This document shows positions 25,885 through 33,725 of a stretch of 33,725 nucleotides of DNA, piece after piece; the stretch's first letter is position 1; each line of letters begins with the position of its first letter. This DNA is from an uncultured Lachnospiraceae bacterium (GTDB lineage Bacteria; Bacillota; Clostridia; Eubacteriales; Anaerofustaceae). The DNA lies in assembly GCA_964439075.1 (NCBI GenBank), contig CAYTMY010000001.1:1-33725 (forward strand), written 5' to 3'. The position numbers were made by a program, and so were the translations under genes. The notes below the pieces were generated by a model. The model made no database searches, was not told the DNA's origin, and was given only the letters and a program-made list of their open reading frames with translations.

Positions 25885-28005
25885 ATGTTACGTAAAATAT
25901 CAATCTCACTGTTAGCTCTTATAATGCTTGCTTCTATATGTATTTGCTCGGTAAGTCCAATAGCCGATAGTGTGTTTAATAATGCCGATATAGTTTATGC
26001 AGAGCAAGACGGCTCGGAAGGAAATGAAGGTGGTTCATCAACGGAAAACGGCGGTAACGGCGAAGACCCCATGGAGGGCACAACGCCCTCACAACCTGTT
26101 ATAACCACACCGAAATTGACGGGAGATCCAAAGCAAATATTGTCCGATCCGAATTTTGATTTAAATACAGTAGATCCTGCGGTGCTGAAAGCATGGTACG
26201 AGTCTGCGGTTAATATACCCGATGCAGCTTTAAACAAAGCACTTCAAGACGCTACAGGTCTATCTACTGTTACCGTAGAGTCGATGTTGGGACTTTCGGG
26301 CACTGTTAATTTGACAAACATGGGAATAACGACTTTAACGGGTATGGAATATGCTATAAACGCCAAAAGGATTTTGTTAAGCAATAATACCGTGGTTTCA
26401 CTTGACCAATTGAAAAATCTCTCTCATCTCGAGTATCTCGATTATTCAAATAACAGCGTAAAAATGGTGCCATCGTGGATATTCACATTGCCGAATCTTA
26501 CGTTTGTAAACGGTTCGAATAACGCTTCAACGGCAATGCAACAGGCATCTACTGCGTCGAGTGCGTTAAAGGAATTATACCTTGAAAACAATGCTCTGAC
26601 TTCAATTCCCGATATTTCATTTTGCTCTGAAATGACGTCTTTGTCGTTTACCAATAATGCTCTGGCGGCTTTCCCGACGACGATTCTGTCGTTGCCGAAG
26701 CTTTCCACTTTATACTTATCGGGAAACAAGATTACCGAAGTGCCGAATCTTTCATCACTGGGTAATCTCACAGTATTGAACGTTGAAAAGAATTTTCTGA
26801 CCGCATTTCCCGAAGGGTTGGAAAATATGGCAAATTTAAAGCAGTTGTCGCTGTCGTGTAATGCAATAACTTCAATTCCCGACGCTATTGCCAATATGCC
26901 AAATTTGACTACTCTGATAATATACGGCAACGCAATAACAGTACTTCCCGAATCCTTGAATTCATCGAAACTTACTGTTTTGGATATCGGGCTTAACGAT
27001 ATAGATTTGAGCGCAAACGAGGCAATGATAAAATCCCTTACTGATAAATTGGATTCGTTTTATTATAAGCTTCAAAAGCCGAATTTTAAACTTACGCTCG
27101 TAGAAGATAAAGCTGCACCCGGAGGCAAGTTGGTATGGACGGGCGTAGGTGATATGAAAGAGGACAATGAAGGTTATTACAGCGTTACGAAAATAGTAAT
27201 TGAGCGTAAGGAAGAAACCATTACGGAGGAAGATAAAAAAGAACCTTCTGCCGATGGAAATAACACTGATGCAGCAACGGATAATACGAATACAACAACC
27301 ACTGATGATGATAATTCTGATATTATTAATAATGATGCTAAACCCGTTATAACAGTTTTTGAACAAATTGCCGAACTTGAACCCGGTAAATCCGAATACA
27401 TTGATGAAAAGGCCGATGCAAAAACCAATTATACATATAGAGTGACCGTTTATATACATGGAAAGTATATGGATAATTATGAATTTGATATAAATGGTTC
27501 TAAAACGATAAACACCAAAGACATGATTAAACAGAGCAATACAAAACTGATACTTTTTATTGTCGGCGGCGTTCTTCTTGCAGCGCTAATTGCAGGCGGT
27601 GTCGTATTCTTCCTTAAAAGGCGTCAAAAAGACGGCAACAAAACCTCTAAGACCGGAGCGCCTCTTAAAAAGAAGAACGGCAAAAAAATAGTAAAGACCA
27701 AGAAAAAGAAAAATGATGTTGAAACGGATGTTGATGAAGTAGTTTCAGAAGACCTTTCCGCTGAGGATCCAATCGAAAGTATCGACGATATAAAACGAAT
27801 ATTGGCTGAACGACAAAAAAATGCAGAACAGAGCGAAGCTCAAACTGTGTCGGATGAGCCGGTAGAAGCGAAAAAAAATGAAAATAAGCCTGCAAAAAAA
27901 GTCAAGAAGCATAAGAGCATTATTTCCGATTGGGATGATGACGATGATATAGAGGCGGAGCTGAATAAAATAATTTATAATGACAGTGATGATGAATACA
28001 AATAA
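25885..28005 (+). CDS. Leucine-rich-repeat surface protein with type-I membrane topology
   Basis: 706 aa. It has a signal peptide and about 11 LxxLxLxxN-type repeats of 21-23 aa (aa ~139-376, nt ~26299-27012). A beta-rich module is interrupted by an Asp/Asn/Thr-rich low-complexity stretch. One TM helix follows (aa ~554-577, LILFIVGGVLLAALIAGGVVFFL), then a 129-aa Lys-rich and acidic cytoplasmic tail. A GGAGGG Shine-Dalgarno lies upstream. Confidence 0.8.
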   Translation: MLRKISISLLALIMLASICICSVSPIADSVFNNADIVYAEQDGSEGNEGGSSTENGGNGEDPMEGTTPSQPVITTPKLTGDPKQILSDPNFDLNTVDPAVLKAWYESAVNIPDAALNKALQDATGLSTVTVESMLGLSGTVNLTNMGITTLTGMEYAINAKRILLSNNTVVSLDQLKNLSHLEYLDYSNNSVKMVPSWIFTLPNLTFVNGSNNASTAMQQASTASSALKELYLENNALTSIPDISFCSEMTSLSFTNNALAAFPTTILSLPKLSTLYLSGNKITEVPNLSSLGNLTVLNVEKNFLTAFPEGLENMANLKQLSLSCNAITSIPDAIANMPNLTTLIIYGNAITVLPESLNSSKLTVLDIGLNDIDLSANEAMIKSLTDKLDSFYYKLQKPNFKLTLVEDKAAPGGKLVWTGVGDMKEDNEGYYSVTKIVIERKEETITEEDKKEPSADGNNTDAATDNTNTTTTDDDNSDIINNDAKPVITVFEQIAELEPGKSEYIDEKADAKTNYTYRVTVYIHGKYMDNYEFDINGSKTINTKDMIKQSNTKLILFIVGGVLLAALIAGGVVFFLKRRQKDGNKTSKTGAPLKKKNGKKIVKTKKKKNDVETDVDEVVSEDLSAEDPIESIDDIKRILAERQKNAEQSEAQTVSDEPVEAKKNENKPAKKVKKHKSIISDWDDDDDIEAELNKIIYNDSDDEYK

Positions 28006-28010
28006 ATAAG

Positions 28011-28040
28011 AAAAGAGCGGATGCTAACATCCGCTCTTTT
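28011..28040. terminator. Bidirectional terminator between the LRR gene and ileS
   Basis: A perfect 13-bp stem AAAAGAGCGGATG / CATCCGCTCTTTT with a 4-nt loop, flanked by A and T runs. It lies between convergent genes. Confidence 0.85.
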
Positions 28041-28048
28041 TCTATCTA

Positions 28049-31000
28049 TTACAATCTTTTAGTTGTTATTATAGCTTCATGACCGTTTATGGATATCTTT
28101 TCACCGTCATTTTTCGATAGGTTCAGTTCAACGCTCAAAGTTTCTTTTTTGATGTATTCATCAAAAGCTCGTACTGCATCGTTGATATCATCGTCGGCTT
28201 GTACGTACAGTTTTATCCTGTCTGCAACTTCATAATCATGAGCTTTTCTCATCTGCTGAACTTTTGAGATTATCTCTCTTGCAAATCCTTCGTCAATGAG
28301 CTGCTTGGTTAGCTTGGTATCAAGTATGATAAAAAGATTATCCTGCATTTGAACGTCGAAGCCCTCTTTGGCGTTTATACGAATATCAAGCATATCTTTT
28401 GAAATATTAATATCGTCATCCTTCAATGTTACAGCTACCATTTGTTGCGTATTCAAGTCGGATATAAGCTTCGAAGTATCGCAGTTTTGCAGATATGAAC
28501 CGAGTTCTTTTACCCGTGAACCGAGTAATTTTCCGCAAACTTTAAAGTCGGGCTTTATAGTGAAATTCATAAAGGAAGACAAGTTTTCCTCAAAGAGTAC
28601 CTGTTTTACGTTCAATTCTTCCATTATCAGCTCAGTAAGTTCGCCTATGGTTTCCTTGAGCGCTGAGTCAATAATGGCAGAAGATAGCGGTTGTCTTACT
28701 TTTATTTGAGCTTCTTCTCTGGCACTTCTTCCGATACTGACAAGCGTTCGAACCGTATCCATTTTATATTCCAAAGGTTGGTTTATCAGTTTTTTATTGC
28801 ATGTCGGGTAATCGGATAAATGCACAGAATTTTCATGTGTGAGATCTCTGTATATCTCTTCGGTGATGTAAGGTGCAAAAGGAGCAGCAAGTTTACATAC
28901 GCCGCAAAGTACGGTATATGTTGTTGCGAAAACCGCTTTTTTACTGTTTGTCATGCCGCTTTCCCAAAAACGCCTTCTGTTTCTTCTTATATACCAGTTT
29001 GAGAAGTCCTCATTTACAAATTCCTGTATCGCTCTGACCGCCTTTGTAGTATCGAAAACATCCATATTGGCAGTTACATCTCGTACAAGTGAATTGTATT
29101 TTGAAAGAAGCCATTCATCTATCTCTTCTGCATAAGAAACACCGTCGGAGAAGTCATTAGGTTCTATACCATCGGTGTTGGAATACAAGGCGAAGAAGGA
29201 GTATAAATTTTTCAGTGTACCGAAAAATTTACTGATCACTTCTTTCAGTCCGTCTTCATCAAATTTTGTCGGAGTCCATGCCGGTGATACGTACAGCAAG
29301 TACCAACGCAGCGCGTCAGCTCCGTATTTATCGAATAATTCAAACGGATCAACTGTATTTCCTCTTGATTTAGACATCTTTTGTCCTTTGGCGTCAAGGA
29401 TCAAATCGTTGACAAGAACATTTTTATAAGGCGCTTTGCCTGTAAGGAAAGTGCTTATTGCAAGCAAAGAATAAAACCAACCTCGCGTTTGATCGATGCC
29501 CTCACAGATAAAATCGGCGGGGAATTGATCTTTAAAAATATCTTCGTTTTCAAACGGATAATGATATTGCGCAAAGGGCATAGAGCCGCTGTCGAACCAA
29601 CAGTCGATAACGTCTTTGGCACGTGTCATAGGTTTGCCGCATTTTGGGCATTTGATGTGTATTTCGTCAACATAAGGTCTGTGCAACTCTATTGTTGCAT
29701 CTATTTTTTCTATCGACTTTTTAGCAAGCTCCTCTCTAGATCCGATAGTTTCGATGTGAGAACATGAACATTTCCAAATATTTAAAGGAGTGCCCCAGTA
29801 TCTGTTTCGGGATATAGCCCAGTCTTTTAAGTTTTCAAGCCAGTTTCCAAAACGTTTTTCACCCACAAAATCAGGGAACCAATTAACCGTGTTGTTTGCT
29901 GAAATAAGCTCTTTTTTATATTTTGTGGTTTTGATGTACCAACTTTGTTTTGCATAGTATAAGAGCGGAGTTTTGCATCTCCAGCAATGCGGATAGTTAT
30001 GTTCCGTTTTCTGTTTTTTATATAGAATACCGTTTTCCTTGAGCCATACAATGATATCCTTGTCGGCGTCCATCACAAAGGAGCCCTTCCAAGGAGTCTG
30101 TGTATATTTACCTGTTTCATCGACCGGGTTGAGTACGGGAAGCGAGTATTTTTGTCCTACATTATAGTCGTCTTCACCGAAGGCAGGTGCAATATGAACT
30201 ACGCCCGTACCGTCCTGTGTGGTCACATAATCGGCGCAGGTTACAAAAAACGCTTTTTGGTCGGTCGATACGAAGGGCATCAGCTGTTCATATTCTATAT
30301 ATTCAAGCTCATTACCCTTCATTTCCTCAAGTATTTCATATTCACCTTCGATTACGTTTGAGAGAAGTGCTTTTGCGAGAATATATGTGTGCTCGTTGCT
30401 TTTTACTTTAACATATTCAACTTCGGGGTGCACTGCAAGCGCTACGTTGGCAGCGAGAGTCCATGGAGTTGTTGTCCATACAAGGAAGTATTCATCGACG
30501 TCTTTTCTTTTAAAGCGCACATAAACGGTATCGGTTTTTATCATCTGATAACCCTGTGCAACCTCGTGAGAAGCAAGACCTGTTCCGCAACGGGGACAAT
30601 AGGGAAGTATTTTGTGTCCTTCATACATGTATCCCTTATCGAAAAACTGTTTAAGTATCCACCAAACGCTTTCAATATAGTTATTGTCAAGTGTGATATA
30701 AGGACGGTCGAGATCGACAAAGTAAGCCATTCGCTTTGTCATCTCACGCCATAAGGCTTCATAAGTAAAAACAGACTCTCTGCATTGTTCGTTAAATTCC
30801 TTGATCCCGTATTTCTCGATATCTTGTTTGCCGCTCATGCTGAGCTTTTTTTCCACTTCAATTTCAACGGGAAGCCCATGCGTGTCCCAGCCCGCTTTTC
30901 TGACAACGCGATATCCTTGCATTGTTTTGTATTTATTAACGCTGTCTTTTAATGTGCGCGCTATTACGTGATGAATACCGGGACGACCGTTTGCCGTAGG

Positions 31001-31141
31001 CGGACCTTCGTAAAAAACGTAATTTTCTGCGCCTTCACGGCTGTCGAGAGTTTGCTTGAGAATGTCTATCTCATCCCAATAATTCGCAATCTCTTTTTCA
31101 TTTGATGCGATGCTGTTTTTTGCCAATTCTTTAAAATACAT
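28049..31141 (-). CDS. ileS: Isoleucine--tRNA ligase, type 2 (about 1030 aa)
   Basis: It has the motif FYEGPPTANGRPGIHHV (HIGH-type, type-2 flavour), KMSKS and Cys-pair zinc motifs (CPRCG, CWRC, CPKCG). The track ORF extends to 31216, but that extension runs into the T-box terminator. The ATG at 31141 (MYFKEL...) lies 3 nt after a GGAGGAG Shine-Dalgarno and is in frame with the track ORF. Confidence 0.96.
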   Translation of the reverse strand: MYFKELAKNSIASNEKEIANYWDEIDILKQTLDSREGAENYVFYEGPPTANGRPGIHHVIARTLKDSVNKYKTMQGYRVVRKAGWDTHGLPVEIEVEKKLSMSGKQDIEKYGIKEFNEQCRESVFTYEALWREMTKRMAYFVDLDRPYITLDNNYIESVWWILKQFFDKGYMYEGHKILPYCPRCGTGLASHEVAQGYQMIKTDTVYVRFKRKDVDEYFLVWTTTPWTLAANVALAVHPEVEYVKVKSNEHTYILAKALLSNVIEGEYEILEEMKGNELEYIEYEQLMPFVSTDQKAFFVTCADYVTTQDGTGVVHIAPAFGEDDYNVGQKYSLPVLNPVDETGKYTQTPWKGSFVMDADKDIIVWLKENGILYKKQKTEHNYPHCWRCKTPLLYYAKQSWYIKTTKYKKELISANNTVNWFPDFVGEKRFGNWLENLKDWAISRNRYWGTPLNIWKCSCSHIETIGSREELAKKSIEKIDATIELHRPYVDEIHIKCPKCGKPMTRAKDVIDCWFDSGSMPFAQYHYPFENEDIFKDQFPADFICEGIDQTRGWFYSLLAISTFLTGKAPYKNVLVNDLILDAKGQKMSKSRGNTVDPFELFDKYGADALRWYLLYVSPAWTPTKFDEDGLKEVISKFFGTLKNLYSFFALYSNTDGIEPNDFSDGVSYAEEIDEWLLSKYNSLVRDVTANMDVFDTTKAVRAIQEFVNEDFSNWYIRRNRRRFWESGMTNSKKAVFATTYTVLCGVCKLAAPFAPYITEEIYRDLTHENSVHLSDYPTCNKKLINQPLEYKMDTVRTLVSIGRSAREEAQIKVRQPLSSAIIDSALKETIGELTELIMEELNVKQVLFEENLSSFMNFTIKPDFKVCGKLLGSRVKELGSYLQNCDTSKLISDLNTQQMVAVTLKDDDINISKDMLDIRINAKEGFDVQMQDNLFIILDTKLTKQLIDEGFAREIISKVQQMRKAHDYEVADRIKLYVQADDDINDAVRAFDEYIKKETLSVELNLSKNDGEKISINGHEAIITTKRL

Positions 31142-31385
31142 ATACTCCTCCATAAAACAATAAAAAAACGCCCCGTACAGGACGAAATAAATCCGCGGTA
31201 CCACCCGTTTTGGCATAATGCCCTCTTTGTTCCTTTTAACGCAGGAGTGCGGAGCAGCTTACTGTCAGTTCAGCTCTCGGCTCGGAAGTGATTTTCCCAT
31301 GCAGGCGCATAGTATCTGCTTTCAGCATGTGTGCAGACTCTCTGAGAAATGCTGCCATAGGTACTGTCTTCGTCATAACCGCTAA
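31142..31385 (-). promoter_or_regulatory. T-box riboswitch leader (Ile specifier) of ileS
   Basis: On the minus strand the T-box core AAAACGGGTGGTACCGCGGAT (plus-strand 31193-31211) is followed by the terminator CGTCC..GGGCG plus T7 (about 31162-31184). Stem I has an AGAGAG motif. The candidate specifier is AUC followed by A, in GGGAAA-AUC-A (plus-strand 31290-31292). Confidence 0.85.
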
Positions 31386-31390
31386 TCGGT

Positions 31391-31419
31391 ATTCTATCTT
31401 ATGCGCTTGAAAAAGTCAA
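31391..31419 (-). promoter_or_regulatory. Sigma-A type promoter of the ileS leader
   Basis: On the minus strand: TTGACT (31419-31414), a 17-nt spacer and TAGAAT (31396-31391). Confidence 0.65.
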
Positions 31420-31445
31420 TGCAAAGAAAGTTTATTCAAAGCATT

Positions 31446-32816
31446 TTATATAAATGACATCAACAATACTATAATGATTATTACAGGAAGAATATATGTT
31501 AAATATCCACGCATCCAAGAAGGCATACGTATTCCTTTGCCACTGTTAAGTTCGTTGCAATAATTATCCCATCCCCATCCGTAACGTTTGGTGCAAAACA
31601 AGACATAAAAGAGACTGCCGATCGGAAGCATGAGATTGGATACTGCAAAATCCTCAATATCCATTAAATTTTTTCCGAAAAGGGTGATATTGTTCCAAAT
31701 ATTGAGGCTGAATATGCATGGTAGAGACAGTACTAACATAAGTGCTATATTGATAAGAGCAATTTTTTTCCTGCTCAGAGTTGTAAGCTCCAACCAAAAC
31801 GAGATTATATTTTCATATACGGCAATGACGGTTGAAAAGGCTGCAAATATCATGAACAGGAAAAAAAACGAACCGATAATTCGTCCTCCCGGCATGCTAT
31901 TGAATATGCTCGACAGAGTAGTAAAAAGAAAGGATGCTCCAACGCTACCCGCATCTGCAGTTATTCCGTTATTGTATGTGAAACATGCCGGAAAAATAAT
32001 CAACCCCGACAAAAGAGCTACCATCGTGTCGAGACCTGCGATGGTAAAAGCCTCTCCCAATAAGCTACGGTCCTTATCTATATAACTGCCGAATATAGCA
32101 ATGGACCCTATGCCTATACTCAGAGTGAAAAACGATTGCCCCATAGCTGCCGATATTACTGTCCATACTCCTGCATTTTTCAGATTGCGCAGGGAAGGTA
32201 CCAAATAAAAACGCAATCCTTCAGATGCGCCGGAGAGGGTACATGCGTAAATAGCAAGTCCCCCGATTAAAATAAAAAGTGTTATCATCATAAATTTTGT
32301 AATACGCTCTACTCCGTTTTGAAGTCCAAGCGCACATATTAAAAAACATATAAGTATAACTGCAAATGTGCATATAAGTTGAAGAGGTAAGTTGCTCACT
32401 GTAGCTCCAAATACATTTCCGAGTTCTTCGGAGCCGGAATAGTGCAAAATAGAACCGCCTGCGTATTTTTGAAAGTAAATAAGCATCCAACCCGATATAG
32501 TGGAGTAGAACATCATAAGAAGATAGTTTCCCGCAATCCCCAAGTATTTCATCAGATGCCATTTTTGTCCGGGCTTTTCAAGCACGTCAAAGGAAGATGC
32601 AATGCTTCGCTGACTCGCTCTGCCTACGGACAGTTCTGCAGTCATAATCGGAATGCCCAAAATAATGAGGAAAAGCAGATAGATTACTACAAATACAGCT
32701 CCGCCATAAGCTCCTGTTATTATCGGAAAACGGTATACGTTCCCGAGTCCTATGGCGCACCCTGCGGAAATCAAAATAAATCCCAGTCTGGATGAAAATT
32801 TTTCACGTTGTTTCAT
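31446..32816 (-). CDS. Sodium-dependent transporter, neurotransmitter:sodium symporter (NSS/SNF) family
   Basis: 456 aa and polytopic, with the N-terminal NSS signature (GFILISAGCAIGLGNVYRFPIITGAYGG). Confidence 0.9.
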   Translation of the reverse strand: MKQREKFSSRLGFILISAGCAIGLGNVYRFPIITGAYGGAVFVVIYLLFLIILGIPIMTAELSVGRASQRSIASSFDVLEKPGQKWHLMKYLGIAGNYLLMMFYSTISGWMLIYFQKYAGGSILHYSGSEELGNVFGATVSNLPLQLICTFAVILICFLICALGLQNGVERITKFMMITLFILIGGLAIYACTLSGASEGLRFYLVPSLRNLKNAGVWTVISAAMGQSFFTLSIGIGSIAIFGSYIDKDRSLLGEAFTIAGLDTMVALLSGLIIFPACFTYNNGITADAGSVGASFLFTTLSSIFNSMPGGRIIGSFFFLFMIFAAFSTVIAVYENIISFWLELTTLSRKKIALINIALMLVLSLPCIFSLNIWNNITLFGKNLMDIEDFAVSNLMLPIGSLFYVLFCTKRYGWGWDNYCNELNSGKGIRMPSWMRGYLTYILPVIIIIVLLMSFI

Positions 32817-33051
32817 GGTTGTCTCTTTTCACCTTCATTTGCAATTATATTCATTTTTACGATTGCAATTTAAACATGCGCTTTATATACTACCAAACCA
32901 AACAAGTAAGAGCAATATTTATAGGATATTAAACTTTAAATAAAACCTTTTTTATCCATAAAAAAGAGAATATAGAGATACAGACAATGCAGAGTATGTT
33001 GTATTACAGTGGCATATATATGTGCTAATCGCTGTAAAAACTCAAATGGGG

Positions 33052-33100
33052 AAAACGGGCTTCGAGAAGTTTTTTAACTTCTTTAAAAAGCCCGTTTTTT
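33052..33100. terminator. Strong hairpin terminator (bidirectional in form)
   Basis: Outer stem AAAACGGGCTT / AAGCCCGTTTT with inner stem GAAGTT/AACTTC, followed by a T-run. It lies between the GC-rich remnant and the NSS transporter promoter region. Confidence 0.7.
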
Positions 33101-33257
33101 GGTTTATTTTAAACGTATTTAGGGATTACTGTGCAAAAAAGATGTTAACTATTGGACACTATAAAATTAAAGTGATATCTAAGAAAACTTCATATTAAAT
33201 ATATTCTGTTACAGCATATCAGTACAAAAAGAGTTCGAATAGAGTTTTTTTGATTTT

Positions 33258-33680
33258 TTATGATGACATTTGTTTAACGGTACCAACGATGCTTTGACCG
33301 CGCAGCATGACCGGGTACTCATCTTTCTAGGACGAATAAAAGGTAAGTTTGTGCGGTGCGTAACCGACGGCTACCTCGCTGATGTTCTTGCCGCGCAAAG
33401 TTTTGTTGATCTGATGAAAATCTCAATCCAGCAGTGGTATAACTTGGAAATTATGTGCAGTCAGCACTTCCCGCGTATAGGAAAGAGTACTTGCGATGAG
33501 TTCTTCTTCAACGGAACACAGCCTGCTGGTGAACAGGAACATAGTCTCCGCCGTTTCGAGTATATCCTCCGCTGTCGGGCGATATTCTGTTTCTTCCAGC
33601 AGATCACGAAACAAACCCAGCCGGGCGTGCGAGTCAGCTGCAAAGATGGCGTGCGCTTGCCGTTCGTTTATTTTTCCCAT
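33258..33680 (-). pseudogene. GC-rich remnant: one 141-codon reading frame interrupted by in-frame TGA and TAG (unknown family)
   Basis: The track ORF 33423..33680 (85 aa) continues in the same frame past TGA (33423-33425) for 31 sense codons (DFHQINKTLRGKNISEVAVGYAPHKLTFYSS). It then continues past TAG (33327-33329) for 22 more (KDEYPVMLRGQSIVGTVKQMSS) to TAA (33258-33260). There is no Shine-Dalgarno before the ATG. The base composition clearly differs from the flanks. Confidence 0.35.
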
Positions 33681-33725
33681 TTTGATGTGGTTAGAATCAA
33701 TAAAATAATTATAATATTGTTCTAC

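Noticed and set aside
31142-31216. A 25-codon N-terminal extension of ileS in the ORF track (MPKRVVPRIYFVLYGAFFYCFMEEY...).
   Set aside because: The extension overlaps the T-box core and its terminator. The internal ATG at 31141 has a GGAGGAG Shine-Dalgarno and yields the canonical IleRS N-terminus.
32987-33028. A 13-codon mini-ORF (MQSMLYYSGIYMC) just upstream of the strong hairpin at 33052-33100. I considered it as a leader or signalling peptide, or as a marker of an sRNA.
   Set aside because: It has no convincing Shine-Dalgarno or promoter. The hairpin is adequately explained as the terminator for minus-strand transcription coming from the GC-rich remnant, or as a bidirectional insulator before the transporter promoter.
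33327-33425. Programmed recoding (selenocysteine at TGA, pyrrolysine at TAG, or an alternative genetic code) as an explanation for the in-frame stops in the GC-rich frame.
   Set aside because: Many well-supported genes in this window terminate at TGA or TAG at the expected protein ends (spoIVA and the lipoprotein gene use TGA; recU, valS and the URO-D-family gene use TAG). I saw no SECIS-like hairpin immediately downstream of the TGA. The frame also lacks a ribosome-binding site, so nonsense decay of a foreign fragment is more parsimonious.
1-33725. A search by eye for CRISPR arrays, tRNA or rRNA genes, IS elements, transposases, integrases, and phage or defence-system genes.
   Set aside because: I found no regularly spaced direct repeats, no cloverleaf-like or rRNA-like segments in the intergenic regions, and no ORF with recombinase, transposase or recognisable defence-system motifs. 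The only foreign-looking DNA is the short GC-rich remnant at the 3' end.

Overview
This is a low-GC, densely coded chromosomal segment of a Clostridia-type spore-forming Firmicute (spoIVA is present), and most of it is housekeeping. The plus-strand block 100-9821 encodes a mini P-loop NTPase, a TIGR01212 radical SAM protein, class II FBP aldolase, RecU, RqcH/FbpA, a PDZ-radical-SAM DUF512 protein, Der, SpoIVA and a YidC-like insertase. Next comes valS (minus strand) with a T-box leader and a consensus promoter. It is followed by a lipoprotein/TM protein of unknown function, a GlpA-like FAD oxidoreductase trio (FAD/BFD, NAD(P)/FAD, DUF1667), a Ppx/GppA-like protein and a polytopic membrane protein with a RraB-like C-terminus. 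A minus-strand three-gene operon follows (ATP-grasp, MurT-like ligase, GatD-like amidotransferase). After it lie a URO-D-family gene with an untracked 49-aa ORF, rsfS, a rhodanese, a large LRR type-I membrane protein, type-2 ileS with a T-box leader and an NSS-family transporter. The window ends with a short GC-rich remnant carrying in-frame stop codons. The most unusual locus is the ATP-grasp/MurT-like/GatD-like operon. The GatD-like protein appears to lack the catalytic Cys and His, and the MurT-like partner appears to lack the Asp that completes the triad. It therefore looks like a glutaminase-dead, ATP-grasp-coupled relative of the lipid II isoglutaminyl synthase. I found no rRNA, tRNA, CRISPR array, transposase or integrase. 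All homology calls rest on my recollection of family motifs, since no searches were run. RNA-element coordinates were derived by hand and may be off by a few nt.
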